From the IMG/VR virus record IMGVR_UViG_3300026097_001223, positions 1-64,000 of that record: a stretch of 64,000 nt of DNA; one strand, 5' to 3'. The notes under the pieces were generated by a model. The model saw nothing but the letters and a program-made list of their open reading frames with translations, was not told the origin of the DNA and searched no databases. Below, in pieces: positions 44,929 through 55,250 of this stretch. The DNA comes from a virus. The position numbers and the translations under genes were made by a program. Position 1 is the stretch's first letter; each line of letters begins with the position of its first letter.

Positions 44929-46471
44929 AAGTCTTGATGGCGTACTAGTAAAATCGCCACACAAAAAGTATGATTACACCGAAAAAGATCTAGAAGAATT
45001 TGCACGATGTGCTGACCCAAACACTGGTGCTGAATATTTTTTAGAGAACTTTTTTCAAATTCAGCATCCTACCCTAGGACAGATGCAGTATCAGCCCTAT
45101 GAGTACCAAAAACGTCTAATTGCAACATATCACACTTATAGATTCAGTATCAGCATGTTACCTAGGCAGACCGGTAAGTCAACCACAGCCGCTGGATACC
45201 TACTTTGGTATGCTATGTTTAAACCAGACAGCACGATTCTTATTGCCGCACACAAGTACAGTGGAGCACAAGAAATCATGCAAAGACTGCGCTATGCCTA
45301 TGAAGCATGCCCTGACCACATTCGAGCAGGAGTAGTAAGCTACAATAAAGGCAGTGTGGAGTTTGACAACGGAAGTCGCATTGTCAGTCAAGCAACCACA
45401 GAAAACACTGGACGTGGTATGAGTATCTCGCTGTTGTACTCAGACGAGTTTGCATTTGTACGACCTACCATTGCCAAAGAATTTTGGACTAGTATTTCGC
45501 CTACACTAGCCACTGGTGGTAAAGCTATTATTACAAGCACACCAAACAGTGACGAAGATCAGTTTGCACTGATATGGAAAGGCGCCAATAAAACTTTTGA
45601 CGAAAATGGAAACGAAACTGAAGTAGGAATCAATGGATTCAAAGCGTTTAGAAGCTATTGGAACGAACATCCGGACAGAGATGAACAATGGGCAAACGAG
45701 CAACGGGCTGCATTAGGTGTTGAACGTTTTAGACGAGAAATGGACTGTGAGTTTATCATCAATGATGAAACACTGATTGCACCAACCACGCTTATTGATA
45801 TGGAAGGTGTAGACCCACTTCGTAAAACAGGCCAGGTTCGATGGTATAAAAGACCTGAGAAAAATCGAATTTATGCCATTGGGCTTGATCCAAGTCTTGG
45901 CACCGGAGGTGATCCTGCGGCAATACAGGTATGGGAAGCAAACACCCTAGAACAAGTTGCCGAATGGCGAGATAACAAAACACCAATACCAGGACAAATA
46001 CGTGTGTTAACTGACATTGTAAAAGAAATCTTTGAAATTGTAGAAGATGATACAACAATCTATTACAGTGTGGAAAACAACAGCATAGGAGAAGCCGCAT
46101 TGATCAGCATCAATGAGTACGGTGAAAACAATATCAAGGGATATTTTCTCAGCGAAGCCAAAGGCAAACGCAAAGGATTTAACACCAGTAACAAGCCAAA
46201 ACTACAGGCTTGCAGTAAATTTAAAAATCTAGTAGAACGCAAAAGAATGACCATCAGTAGCAAGCCGTTGATCAGTGAATTAAAAAACTTTGTAGCACAC
46301 GGTGCTAGTTATGCCGCTAAACCTGGGGAAACAGACGACCTGGTGATGAGTACACTGTTGGTAATACGCATGTTGCAAGAGCTGCAAAATTATCATCAAG
46401 AACTAGATGACACTGTAAAAGACCACGATGACGTAGACATAGAACCTATGCCGTTCATTGCAATGTTCTAA
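44921..46471 (+). CDS. 17: Terminase large subunit (gp17)
   Basis: 'LPRQTGKST', 'GRGMSISLLYSDEFAF', 'IITSTPNS', 'FRREMDCEF', 'GLDPSLGTGGD', 'DDLVM'. Confidence 0.97.
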   Translation: MSKSLDGVLVKSPHKKYDYTEKDLEEFARCADPNTGAEYFLENFFQIQHPTLGQMQYQPYEYQKRLIATYHTYRFSISMLPRQTGKSTTAAGYLLWYAMFKPDSTILIAAHKYSGAQEIMQRLRYAYEACPDHIRAGVVSYNKGSVEFDNGSRIVSQATTENTGRGMSISLLYSDEFAFVRPTIAKEFWTSISPTLATGGKAIITSTPNSDEDQFALIWKGANKTFDENGNETEVGINGFKAFRSYWNEHPDRDEQWANEQRAALGVERFRREMDCEFIINDETLIAPTTLIDMEGVDPLRKTGQVRWYKRPEKNRIYAIGLDPSLGTGGDPAAIQVWEANTLEQVAEWRDNKTPIPGQIRVLTDIVKEIFEIVEDDTTIYYSVENNSIGEAALISINEYGENNIKGYFLSEAKGKRKGFNTSNKPKLQACSKFKNLVERKRMTISSKPLISELKNFVAHGASYAAKPGETDDLVMSTLLVIRMLQELQNYHQELDDTVKDHDDVDIEPMPFIAMF

Positions 46472-46482
46472 TAAATACACAT

Positions 46483-47700
46483 ATGAAAAATTCTGAAAGC
46501 ACCTCTAAAACACTCTACGATCTATTGGTAAGTCGTAATTTTGATCCTGACATACTGGACAGTCGTGGACAGTCTATCACTGATGTTAACCAAGGAGAAA
46601 TATTCTCTTTTGACTTTGTGTCTGACGGTAAAAACTATGGCACGGTGGTTATTACACTCAGTGGTGACAATCAATTTGAGGTGTACTACGGCGACAACCT
46701 AGGCCGGGGCATGGATAAAGAACATCGCAGTGACTGGTACAAGTTTTTACAGCACTTGAAAAGTTTTGCTGCTCGTAACATGATGCAGTTTAATCTACGT
46801 GATTTTACCAAGCTTAAACACAGCATGCGTACAATAAACAGTGTTAACGAAAGCGTGTTTGAAGGCTATTACGGTGGTAAACGCACCAGTTATAACAAAG
46901 CTGCTGAAGGTGCTAAACTGAAAATTCGTCACAGCAAAAAACTGGAAGACAGTGATCCTCGCTATAGATTTGTAGAAGAGCTGTTTGTAGAAACACCGAG
47001 CGGCGAACGTTTTAAGTTGCCTTTTAAAAATCTCAATGCTGGTAAAGCCATGGCAAGACACGTCAGCGAAGGTGGAACACCCTATGATTCGTTTGGACAG
47101 CATATACATTCGATGGTCAAAGAAATGAACAGCATAACACATTTTGTTCGTAAACACAGTCGCAATCTTGAGGAAGACGTGGTAAATCTTGTAGATGATG
47201 CTAAGTCACGCAGGCACAGCATTAAAAAAACACTGAAGAGTCTGAACAGCAAACGAGGATATGCAAAATATCACGAAAGTTGGAACCCAGAAGACACTGG
47301 CAGTATAGTAGAGCGTATGGAAACTTTTGAAGCCAACTATGCTCCGATAGAAGATGCTGTACAGGTTTTTGAAAATTGGATAGTAGCAGAATCATTGAGC
47401 ACTATTCAAAAGCGCGAACTAGGCAAGTTAATCGATCAAGGACTTCGTGCAGGTGTAGATGGACTAGAAGCAAACTCCGAGCTTGACGCTGTCATTCAAG
47501 ATGAAGAACTGGACGATCTTGTAGCCAAAGTAGGTGATCAGGATCCAGAAGCCAATGTGTTTGATGATCCTGCTGTGAGAGGCAGATTAGAAGAACTTGG
47601 CTTGATAGCTATCAAAGAAATCAACGACACTGACACTGGCACACGAACGCTCAAGGCTGCTCGTGATCCTATGCTGGAAGATATCCTAAAACTTCTCTAA
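46483..47700 (+). CDS. Conserved hypothetical late protein, possibly processed head protein
   Basis: 405 aa. TAAATA-N5-ATG start. VNE|S, VFE|G and VAE|S sites. Confidence 0.65.
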   Translation: MKNSESTSKTLYDLLVSRNFDPDILDSRGQSITDVNQGEIFSFDFVSDGKNYGTVVITLSGDNQFEVYYGDNLGRGMDKEHRSDWYKFLQHLKSFAARNMMQFNLRDFTKLKHSMRTINSVNESVFEGYYGGKRTSYNKAAEGAKLKIRHSKKLEDSDPRYRFVEELFVETPSGERFKLPFKNLNAGKAMARHVSEGGTPYDSFGQHIHSMVKEMNSITHFVRKHSRNLEEDVVNLVDDAKSRRHSIKKTLKSLNSKRGYAKYHESWNPEDTGSIVERMETFEANYAPIEDAVQVFENWIVAESLSTIQKRELGKLIDQGLRAGVDGLEANSELDAVIQDEELDDLVAKVGDQDPEANVFDDPAVRGRLEELGLIAIKEINDTDTGTRTLKAARDPMLEDILKLL

Positions 47701-47716
47701 AATTCTACCTTTTTGT

Positions 47717-47745
47717 TCGACAGACTAAATACCTTTGCGTATACT
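47717..47745 (+). promoter_or_regulatory. sigma70-type promoter with a nested late box, upstream of gp32
   Basis: TCGACA-N17-TATACT with TAAATA (47726-47731) in the spacer. Confidence 0.7.
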
Positions 47746-47810
47746 TAACAGTATATGCACAGGCATATTATTAGGCAATATAGAAGCAAAGGCAACAAAA
47801 GGAAAAAGCA

Positions 47811-48800
47811 ATGGCAAAACCATCTTTAGCAGAAATCCGTGCACGTCTCCAGGCCCAGGAGAACAAGCAAGGCGGAAACACTTCGGGCGGCGATAACGCA
47901 ATCTATCCACACTGGAACATGGCAGAAGGCAGTAACACTACACTGCGTTTCCTTCCAGACGATAATCCAGAAAACACATTCTTTTGGGCAGAACGTGCAA
48001 TGATCAAACTGCCATTCGCTGGTGTAAAAGGCGACATGGACAGTAAAAATGTTCTTGTACAAGTACCCTGTGTTGAAATGTGGAATGAAACATGTCCTAT
48101 CTTGCAAGAGGTACGCACATGGTTCAAAGACAGCTCATTGGAAGAAATGGGTCGTCGCTATTGGAAAAAGCGTAGTTATATTTTCCAAGGGTTTGTGCGT
48201 GAAAATGCACTAGCAGATGACGACACACCAGAAAATCCAATTCGTCGTTTTATTATTGGGCCGCAGATCTTTCAGATCATCAAGGCAGCACTGATGGATC
48301 CTGATCTTGAAGAATTGCCAACAGATTACGAAAATGGCTTGGACTTCCGCATTACCAAGACCTCAAAAGGCGGCTATGCAGACTACTCAACAAGTAAGTG
48401 GGCTCGTAAAGAATCACCGCTAACTGAACAAGAGCTTGCAGCAATTGAACAACATGGGTTGTACAATCTCAATGATTTCTTGCCTAAAAAGCCAACAGAC
48501 GTCGAGCTGAAAGTAATGCAAGAAATGTTCGAAGCAAGTGTGGACGGTCAAAGCTTTGACATGGAGCGTTGGGGACAATACTATCGTCCTGCTGGCATGT
48601 CAGCACCGGCGCAGAGTTCTGCACCAGCAGCAACAGCAGCGCCAAAGTCGGTACCTCTTCCAGAAACCACAGTCAAGGACGATGTACCATTTGAAACCAC
48701 AGAAACAGCAGCAGATGAGCCAGTTGAAACACCGTCGGGAGGTGGTTCACAGAGTGCTCAAGATATCTTGGCAAAGATTAGATCTCGTCAAAGCAGTTAA
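47811..48800 (+). CDS. 32: Single-stranded DNA-binding protein (gp32)
   Basis: 'LRFLPD', 'WKKRSY', 'GLDFRITKT.KGGYADYSTS.W', acidic tail. Confidence 0.92.
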   Translation: MAKPSLAEIRARLQAQENKQGGNTSGGDNAIYPHWNMAEGSNTTLRFLPDDNPENTFFWAERAMIKLPFAGVKGDMDSKNVLVQVPCVEMWNETCPILQEVRTWFKDSSLEEMGRRYWKKRSYIFQGFVRENALADDDTPENPIRRFIIGPQIFQIIKAALMDPDLEELPTDYENGLDFRITKTSKGGYADYSTSKWARKESPLTEQELAAIEQHGLYNLNDFLPKKPTDVELKVMQEMFEASVDGQSFDMERWGQYYRPAGMSAPAQSSAPAATAAPKSVPLPETTVKDDVPFETTETAADEPVETPSGGGSQSAQDILAKIRSRQSS

Positions 48801-49783
48801 TGTGGGATATTGATGTAAATCAATACGACTACTATATGAATCACCCAGGTCCAAGGCCTGGGTTGATTGTTCTTCGTGACTATATTAATGGGTTTGACAG
48901 CAGTCTCCGAAATCCATTATTAGATCATTTTCAAGCATTGCCTGGACCTCGCACCAGAGTGATCTGGGCAATGCCTTTTTTGCCCGCTGTAAGGCAAAAC
49001 TACCCAGAATTAGACTTAGTATGGGATCCAGATCTAGGTGAAGAATATCTTTATTCAGCACTGAAAACCTACACTGAACACCCAGAAATTGATCATAATA
49101 ATTTTTTGTGCAGTTTCAACGGCAGTGGGCATGTAGGAAGACGCATGCTGACCAGTGCGCTTAAACAAACTGGCATGTGGAACGATCGTACCTGCACTAA
49201 AAATTTCAAATACAGTCCTATCAGCATTGACGGGCATCTTAAAGATTACCTCAGTGACGATGAAACACGATTTTACAGGAAGTTTCTGGTGTCGCAGGAC
49301 GCTGATTTTTCTCACACAAACTATTCTATGTTTTCCTGGAATCAGGATAGATTTGCACATGCCAGCAACATAGAATATCTTGCGCCTGTTATTACCAACA
49401 GTTTTGTTAATTTAGTGAGCGAAAGCTGGAGTCACAGCTATCAGCCTTTTATAACAGAAAAGTTTGTGTACAGCGTGATTACACGTGGATTGTTTGTTGC
49501 ATACGCTCAACCAGGTTGGCACAGTGTGCTCCGTGACTTGTACGGGTATAAACTATACAACTCAGTGTTTGACTACGAGTTTGACAAAGAATCGAACCCT
49601 GTGCGTAGATTGTATAAATTATTAATGATGTTAAAGCCATTTGAGTCATTGAGCAAAATCGATTGGCACGATTTACACTTAATGGAGCTGGATAATATAG
49701 AGTATAATATTCAGCACTTTCTAAGTGGGGATGCACATCAACAGTGTTTAAGGAGTGCAGAACAACAAAATGAATCTAGTTAG
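48800..49783 (+). CDS. Glycosyltransferase-like protein (GT10/fucosyltransferase-like C-terminal motif)
   Basis: 'FVNLVSES...FITEK...LFV.YAQPG...LRDLYGYKLY..VFDY.FD'. Confidence 0.45.
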   Translation: MWDIDVNQYDYYMNHPGPRPGLIVLRDYINGFDSSLRNPLLDHFQALPGPRTRVIWAMPFLPAVRQNYPELDLVWDPDLGEEYLYSALKTYTEHPEIDHNNFLCSFNGSGHVGRRMLTSALKQTGMWNDRTCTKNFKYSPISIDGHLKDYLSDDETRFYRKFLVSQDADFSHTNYSMFSWNQDRFAHASNIEYLAPVITNSFVNLVSESWSHSYQPFITEKFVYSVITRGLFVAYAQPGWHSVLRDLYGYKLYNSVFDYEFDKESNPVRRLYKLLMMLKPFESLSKIDWHDLHLMELDNIEYNIQHFLSGDAHQQCLRSAEQQNESS

Positions 49784-50522
49784 CGGGTGCAGTTATACTG
49801 AAGGCGCTAGTTGGCCTATTCAGTTGTTTGATAGATATACAAATCTTGGACGCAGAGCCGCCGGTAATAGATACATTGCTGACAGTGTGATCAGCACAGT
49901 GCTCACTGAAAAAATTAACAGTGTGTTTATACTATGGTCTGGGCTGAACAGGATGGATCTAGCATTACCGGAGCATGTTGATACCCAAGAAGTGTACACA
50001 ACATCTTTATGTCACAGTCAATATGTGCACATGCCCTACAAGCCGTTTCCAGCAGAAAACTATCAAAGAATAAAAGGTCCAAACTGGCCGGAGTTGTCTA
50101 AATTTGCTGAATGGCAAAAGTTACCTGCAATGAAAAAGAACGAATCCATAGTACGTGGTATGTTTAACACTGGACACAGTGCGGAGCAGTTGGCATTAGA
50201 AACACACGACCGATCAGCTAACGCACACTGGTGTACACAAACACTTTTATCCATGATCAGTGTACAGCACGTGTTAGATGCTATGAACGTAGACTATCGA
50301 TTTTCGTTTATTGCTGATGTACACGATAAACAAAATCAACAACAATTTGGGTGGCTTGACACAGAACACAAACTTTATACCAGCATAGACTGGTCTAGGT
50401 ATATTAATACTACTCCATTTGAATATGGTGTAAAGCACAACGGGCTGATGTTGGACAATTTTCATGTTGAGTCAGACTGCATGAATGCCTGGGCCAAAGA
50501 GGTAGTTGGTAAATGGCAGTGA
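49755..50522 (+). CDS. SGNH-like protein (start probably ATG ~49770)
   Basis: 'LVSGCSYTEG', 'GRRAAGNRYI', C-terminal 'DNFH'. Confidence 0.5.
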   Translation: MQNNKMNLVSGCSYTEGASWPIQLFDRYTNLGRRAAGNRYIADSVISTVLTEKINSVFILWSGLNRMDLALPEHVDTQEVYTTSLCHSQYVHMPYKPFPAENYQRIKGPNWPELSKFAEWQKLPAMKKNESIVRGMFNTGHSAEQLALETHDRSANAHWCTQTLLSMISVQHVLDAMNVDYRFSFIADVHDKQNQQQFGWLDTEHKLYTSIDWSRYINTTPFEYGVKHNGLMLDNFHVESDCMNAWAKEVVGKWQ

Positions 50523-51163
50523 ACTATATTTGGGTGATGTTTGTACCAGGAGCAGCCGGTAATTTCTTATCCAGGTGTTTGCAATTTGCCGAAGACACAG
50601 TTTGTTTTGCAGATAAAACTCATGGCGTACCGCAGACGCTAGAGGATAAATGGAAGCTGTTAAATTACAACACTGTAGTCGACAGTGAATTTCAAACCAG
50701 AGATTGGAAACAGTTTGAATCATGCTCGACTCCTTATCGTAACTGGTCCATGGATGTCAGCGAACAAAATAGAGTTTGGTACAGTCACCCAGATAGATCT
50801 GTGCTTGAACAAGGATTCGTAGAAAAAACTGATACACAAACTGTGGTATACATTGATCCTGAGGACCAACTGGAATGGTGCTTGATGAATGCGCTATACA
50901 AAAACAGTTACATCGTAGTTGATTGGCTGTTACAAGCTCAAGAGTTTGCTCAAGATCCAAGCAGCGTTGTTTTTCCTTTGAAGCACCTGAGAAGCATGGA
51001 TTTTATAATGCATTTCCAACAGTTAACAGATCAACTAGGATTGGTATACACAAACGACGGCATAAAATATGTAGAAAAATTACACACTCAATGGCTAACC
51101 ACAGTGTGCAAAGATATAGACGATTGGAAGAAACAATTAGGATTCAAGATTGACAACTCATAA
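50513..51163 (+). CDS. P-loop / sulfotransferase-like protein
   Basis: N-terminal strand-loop-helix 'VMFVPGAAGNFLSRCL'. Confidence 0.35.
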   Translation: MAVNYIWVMFVPGAAGNFLSRCLQFAEDTVCFADKTHGVPQTLEDKWKLLNYNTVVDSEFQTRDWKQFESCSTPYRNWSMDVSEQNRVWYSHPDRSVLEQGFVEKTDTQTVVYIDPEDQLEWCLMNALYKNSYIVVDWLLQAQEFAQDPSSVVFPLKHLRSMDFIMHFQQLTDQLGLVYTNDGIKYVEKLHTQWLTTVCKDIDDWKKQLGFKIDNS

Positions 51164-51178
51164 AACGTTTGTTACACT
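51150..51178 (+). promoter_or_regulatory. sigma70-type promoter for uvsX
   Basis: TTGACA-N17-TACACT, then SD AGGAGG. Confidence 0.8.
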
Positions 51179-51202
51179 TGTTAAGATAAAGTAGGAGGCA
51201 AC

Positions 51203-52288
51203 ATGGCCAAACCATTTGATGTAAGTAAATTTAGAAAAGACATCACCAAGAGCATTGACGGACTTAGTATAGGATTCAATGATCCCACTGACTGGATCAG
51301 CACAGGAAACTATGCTTTGAACTATTTGATCTCAGGTGATTTCAATCGTGGCGTGCCTCTTGGTAAAGTCACAGTGTTTGCCGGTGAATCCGGTGCAGGC
51401 AAGAGCTATTTTGTGTCAGGAAATATTGCACGACATGCACAAGAACAAGGCATTTTCGTGGTAATGATCGACAGTGAAAACGCACTAGACGAAAGCTGGT
51501 TACAAGCATTAGGCGTAGACACCAGTGAAGACAAGTTGTTAAAACTAAGCATGGCAATGATCGATGATGTTGCTAAGACCATTTCGACTTTCATGAGTGA
51601 CTTTAAAAAGCTCGAAGCAGAAGATCGTCCCAAGGTTCTGTTTATCATTGACAGCCTGGGCATGCTATTAACACCCACAGATATCAATCAATTTGATTCA
51701 GGCGATCTCAAAGGTGATTTAGGTCGTAAGCCTAAAGCACTTACAGCACTTGTTCGTAACTGTGTAAACATGTTTGGTAGCTTCAACGTAGGCATGGTGT
51801 GTACTAACCATACATACGCAAGCCAAGACATGTTTGATCCAGATGACAAGATCTCAGGTGGACAAGGCTTTGTGTACGCTTCAAGTATTGTAGTAGCAAT
51901 GAAGAAGCTCAAGCTTAAAGAAGACGAGGATGGCAACAAAATATCTGATGTGCGCGGTATTCGTGCGGCTTGTAAGGTAATGAAAACACGCTACAGCAAG
52001 CCATTCGAAGGTGTACAAGTAAAAATCCCCTACGAGTCAGGTATGAATCCATACTCAGGATTGGTAGACATGGCTGAAAAGAAAGGACTATTGGTCAAGG
52101 ATGGCAATAGACTGCGTTATACTGCATCCAATGGTGAAGAAATCAAGCAATTCCGTAAAGCCTGGGAAGCAAACACCGACGGCTGTTTGGATCAGGTAAT
52201 GGTAGATTTTGCACAAAAAGATATAAGTAAATCTGACATGCTGGAGCCAGACGCTCCGGAAGAATCAGAGGAAACCATGAATGATTGA
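51203..52288 (+). CDS. uvsX: RecA-like recombinase UvsX
   Basis: Walker A 'AGESGAGKS', 'IDSENALD', 'IIDSLGML', 'TNHTY', 'SGG.G..YASS'. Confidence 0.95.
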   Translation: MAKPFDVSKFRKDITKSIDGLSIGFNDPTDWISTGNYALNYLISGDFNRGVPLGKVTVFAGESGAGKSYFVSGNIARHAQEQGIFVVMIDSENALDESWLQALGVDTSEDKLLKLSMAMIDDVAKTISTFMSDFKKLEAEDRPKVLFIIDSLGMLLTPTDINQFDSGDLKGDLGRKPKALTALVRNCVNMFGSFNVGMVCTNHTYASQDMFDPDDKISGGQGFVYASSIVVAMKKLKLKEDEDGNKISDVRGIRAACKVMKTRYSKPFEGVQVKIPYESGMNPYSGLVDMAEKKGLLVKDGNRLRYTASNGEEIKQFRKAWEANTDGCLDQVMVDFAQKDISKSDMLEPDAPEESEETMND

Positions 52289-52511
52289 TATCGACACAGT
52301 AGCAGAAATCTACGCTGTAGTAAAAGAATACATCCGAGAAGTAGACAGAGAGGAAGCAGCAAGCAGTGTTGTTACCATATTAAAAGACCACGAAGTGAAA
52401 GAAGACAGCATAATTGCGGCATTTGATGATGATCGTGATATTATGCGCTGTCTAGGTGTCGACGATGAAGAAGTCGATGAAGACGAAGACTACTACGACG
52501 AGTACGAATAA
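52281..52511 (+). CDS. Small acidic hypothetical protein
   Basis: 76 aa between uvsX and uvsY, coupled overlaps. Confidence 0.65.
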   Translation: MIDIDTVAEIYAVVKEYIREVDREEAASSVVTILKDHEVKEDSIIAAFDDDRDIMRCLGVDDEEVDEDEDYYDEYE

Positions 52512-52963
52512 TGTGGTATACCCGGGTAACATCTGACATCAGTCAGATACCTGACTTTATTGAGCACTATAACCAAGAGTTAAACAGTGCAAAAGCAGAG
52601 TGTCGTGTAAGCGGATATGTAGAAAACAATATCAAAGATCTGCCCGGAATCACAGAACATCGATTTAATCAGCTACAAGAAATTGAAGCCGTGTTGAATT
52701 TTCTTAATATTCAGTTGAGAAAAATTCGCAGACGACATTTTCAAAAATATCTTGAAAACTACAATCGTGCACTTACCAGTCGCGATGCTGAAAAGTATGT
52801 AGACGGCGAAGACGAAGTGATTGATTTTGAAACCATTATCAATGAAGTGGCACTGCTTCGTAACCGCTGGCTAGGTGTAATGAAAGGCTTGGACACCAAG
52901 CAGTGGCAGATGGGACACATTGTACGCTTGCGCACAGCCGGTATGGAAGATATCCAAGTATGA
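52511..52963 (+). CDS. uvsY: Recombination mediator UvsY-like
   Basis: Helical 150 aa, 'SRDAEKYVDGEDEV', next to uvsX. Confidence 0.75.
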   Translation: MWYTRVTSDISQIPDFIEHYNQELNSAKAECRVSGYVENNIKDLPGITEHRFNQLQEIEAVLNFLNIQLRKIRRRHFQKYLENYNRALTSRDAEKYVDGEDEVIDFETIINEVALLRNRWLGVMKGLDTKQWQMGHIVRLRTAGMEDIQV

Positions 52964-53712
52964 TCATAACTGACAAACAAAGTCAGGAGCACAGCGATAG
53001 ATTGAAAAATCAATTTCGCGAGTTTGACAGTTTTATTGAAAGCATAGACACATTGGCTGATTTTGGTTGCGGGCAACAAGGACATGACGTAGATTGGTGG
53101 AGCAGCTTAACCACTAGAGACGAAGAACCTTCGCCTCTGAATATTCGTGTAACAGGTGTTGATATTCATGACCATTGCGCAGCTGCTCATGAGCATAAAA
53201 ATGCACGTTATCTCAAGCATGACATAGAAAAACCTTTTGATTCCAGCTGGAAGTTTGATTTGGTATGGTGTCATAACACACTGCAATATCTAGAAAATCC
53301 ATACCGGGCACTATGCAACTGGAGAGACACTGTCGACGATGGCGGTGCACTTATACTCAGTGTGCCACAAAATATACGCCTGTTTGGGCGTACTAGGCTG
53401 TATGATCAAACCAGTCATTGTATACACAACTTCACTGTCGTTCAGCTGATTCACATCTTGTCTTTGGCAGGATGGGAAAGTCGTGGCGGGTATTACACGC
53501 TTGACATGGAAGAAGGATGGATTACAGCATTGGTATACAACACAAACGAACCAGTTCGGCATCCTCGAAACACCAGCTGGTATGATCTAGCCGAAACAGG
53601 GTTGCTCCCTCACAGTCTTGAACTTGGCATAGAAAAATATGGTTACGCCCGAGAGCAAGATCTCATGCTTGAATGGATCGACAGAAGCAAAGCCCAAGTC
53701 AAGAAGCTATAA
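52960..53712 (+). CDS. Class I SAM-dependent methyltransferase (start revised from 52903)
   Basis: 'LADFGCG', 'VTGVD', 'FDLVWCHNTLQYL.NP', 'GGALILSVP'. ATGA overlap with uvsY. Confidence 0.8.
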   Translation: MIITDKQSQEHSDRLKNQFREFDSFIESIDTLADFGCGQQGHDVDWWSSLTTRDEEPSPLNIRVTGVDIHDHCAAAHEHKNARYLKHDIEKPFDSSWKFDLVWCHNTLQYLENPYRALCNWRDTVDDGGALILSVPQNIRLFGRTRLYDQTSHCIHNFTVVQLIHILSLAGWESRGGYYTLDMEEGWITALVYNTNEPVRHPRNTSWYDLAETGLLPHSLELGIEKYGYAREQDLMLEWIDRSKAQVKKL

Positions 53713-53723
53713 TAAATAACCAC

Positions 53724-54494
53724 ATGCGCACAGTATTAGTCACCGGAGGGTTCGACCCGTTGCATAGTGGACACTTGTCCTATTTTGAATCAGCGAAAAG
53801 CCTAGGGGATAGACTGATTGTTGGTGTCAACAGCGATGCCTGGTTAGCCCGCAAAAAAGGGCGCAGTTTCATGCCTAGCTCAGAAAGAACGGCTTTAGTC
53901 GATGCTCTATCTGTGGTAGATCAAGCAGTGGCTTTTGACAACGACTACGATAGAGACAACAGTTGTTGTAGATTTATTGAAGATTGCCTGGCTAATTTTC
54001 CTGATGACGAGATAGTATTTGCCAATGGCGGAGATAGGACCAAAATCAATATTCCTGAAATGACTGTGGAAAACTCTAGACTGAGTTTTTGTTTTGGCAT
54101 CGGCGGCGAGGATAAAAAGAATTCAAGCAGTTGGATATTGGAAGAATGGAAAAGCCCTAAAACTCAAAGACAATGGGGATATTATAGAGTTCTTCATGAA
54201 GCACCCGGTGTAAAAGTCAAAGAACTCACAGTAGATCCAGGCGAAAGTCTCAGCATGCAACGTCATTTTCATAGAAGTGAATATTGGCTAGTAAGCACAG
54301 GCATTGCAACAGTTGAGTACCAGAGAGATCCTAAATGGAACACCACAGTGACATCCAATTTTTCTCAGCACCAAGAATTACATATTCCAGTAGGATCCTG
54401 GCATCAACTACGCAATAACACACAAGAACCTGTGCAAATTATCGAAATTCAATACGGCACTGAGTGTATTGAAGAGGATATTGAGAGACGATGA
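53724..54494 (+). CDS. HIGH-type cytidylyl/nucleotidyltransferase fused to a mannose-6-P-isomerase type II cupin (start revised from 53673)
   Basis: 'TGGFDPLHSGH', 'VGVNSD', 'FANGGDR'; cupin 'WGYY.VL....VKEL.V.PGESLS.QRH.HRSEYW.V'. Confidence 0.9.
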   Translation: MRTVLVTGGFDPLHSGHLSYFESAKSLGDRLIVGVNSDAWLARKKGRSFMPSSERTALVDALSVVDQAVAFDNDYDRDNSCCRFIEDCLANFPDDEIVFANGGDRTKINIPEMTVENSRLSFCFGIGGEDKKNSSSWILEEWKSPKTQRQWGYYRVLHEAPGVKVKELTVDPGESLSMQRHFHRSEYWLVSTGIATVEYQRDPKWNTTVTSNFSQHQELHIPVGSWHQLRNNTQEPVQIIEIQYGTECIEEDIERR

Positions 54495-54506
54495 TTTTAA
54501 AATTAA

Positions 54507-55250
54507 ATGGATGTAAAATTTAAAATGTCTAAGCAACTAAAAGCATGTTGGTTAAAAAGCCCTGCTCCAGGAAATTTTGGTGACATTCTTACTCCGTTTA
54601 TTTTAAATCATTACGGCTTTCGCGTAAATTACGTACACTGGAATAACATACAGCAAGCTGACGTAATATGTGTAGGTTCTATTGCCAGGTTAGCAATCGC
54701 AAACACAATTGTGTTGGGTAGTGGTATTATGAGCAAAGGCGAACAATTATGTGCAGATGCTAAGTGGAAGTGGGTAAGAGGTCCACTAACACGAAATTTA
54801 GTGTTAAAGAATGGCGGGTATTGTCCTGAAATATACGGTGATGCTGCCATGTTACTTCCTAAAATTTGGCCCGGCGCTCGGCGCACTTTGTACAAAATAG
54901 GCATTGTTCCCCACTATGTTGATTATGAATTAATAAAACAAAAATATCCTGATGAATTTATAGTTAACCTAGTTGACGACAACCCTAAGAATGTAATTAA
55001 ACAAATAACCAGTTGTGACTGTATAATTTCAAGTAGCTTACATGGTATTATAGCCGCACATGCATACGGAATACCAGCAGCCTGGGTTAAGTTTAGTAAT
55101 AAGATAAAAGGTGATGACAGCAAATTTTATGATCATTATCTTTCAATGGGCATTGAGGCAAAACTTTCAACAATAGAGTCTCCGATTTTTCAGCTCGGTA
55201 AGTATGATAATAGTTTAATAGATAATATATTACAGGAAAAATTGTTATGA
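54507..55250 (+). CDS. Polysaccharide pyruvyltransferase (ExoV/WcaK-like)
   Basis: 'GNFGD', 'VRGPLT', 'GDAAML', 'IVPHY', 'SSSLHGII.AHAYGIP'. Confidence 0.88.
   Translation: MDVKFKMSKQLKACWLKSPAPGNFGDILTPFILNHYGFRVNYVHWNNIQQADVICVGSIARLAIANTIVLGSGIMSKGEQLCADAKWKWVRGPLTRNLVLKNGGYCPEIYGDAAMLLPKIWPGARRTLYKIGIVPHYVDYELIKQKYPDEFIVNLVDDNPKNVIKQITSCDCIISSSLHGIIAAHAYGIPAAWVKFSNKIKGDDSKFYDHYLSMGIEAKLSTIESPIFQLGKYDNSLIDNILQEKLL

Noticed and set aside
44921-46471. Intron or intein in terminase, capsid, portal or uvsX
   Set aside because: All are continuous, of normal length, and lack splice or intein motifs.
53749-53758. GGTTCGACCC, a tRNA T-loop-like motif (also GGTTCGATCC at 62030-62039)
   Set aside because: Both lie inside clear CDSs with no cloverleaf. 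No tRNA genes were found in the short intergenic gaps.
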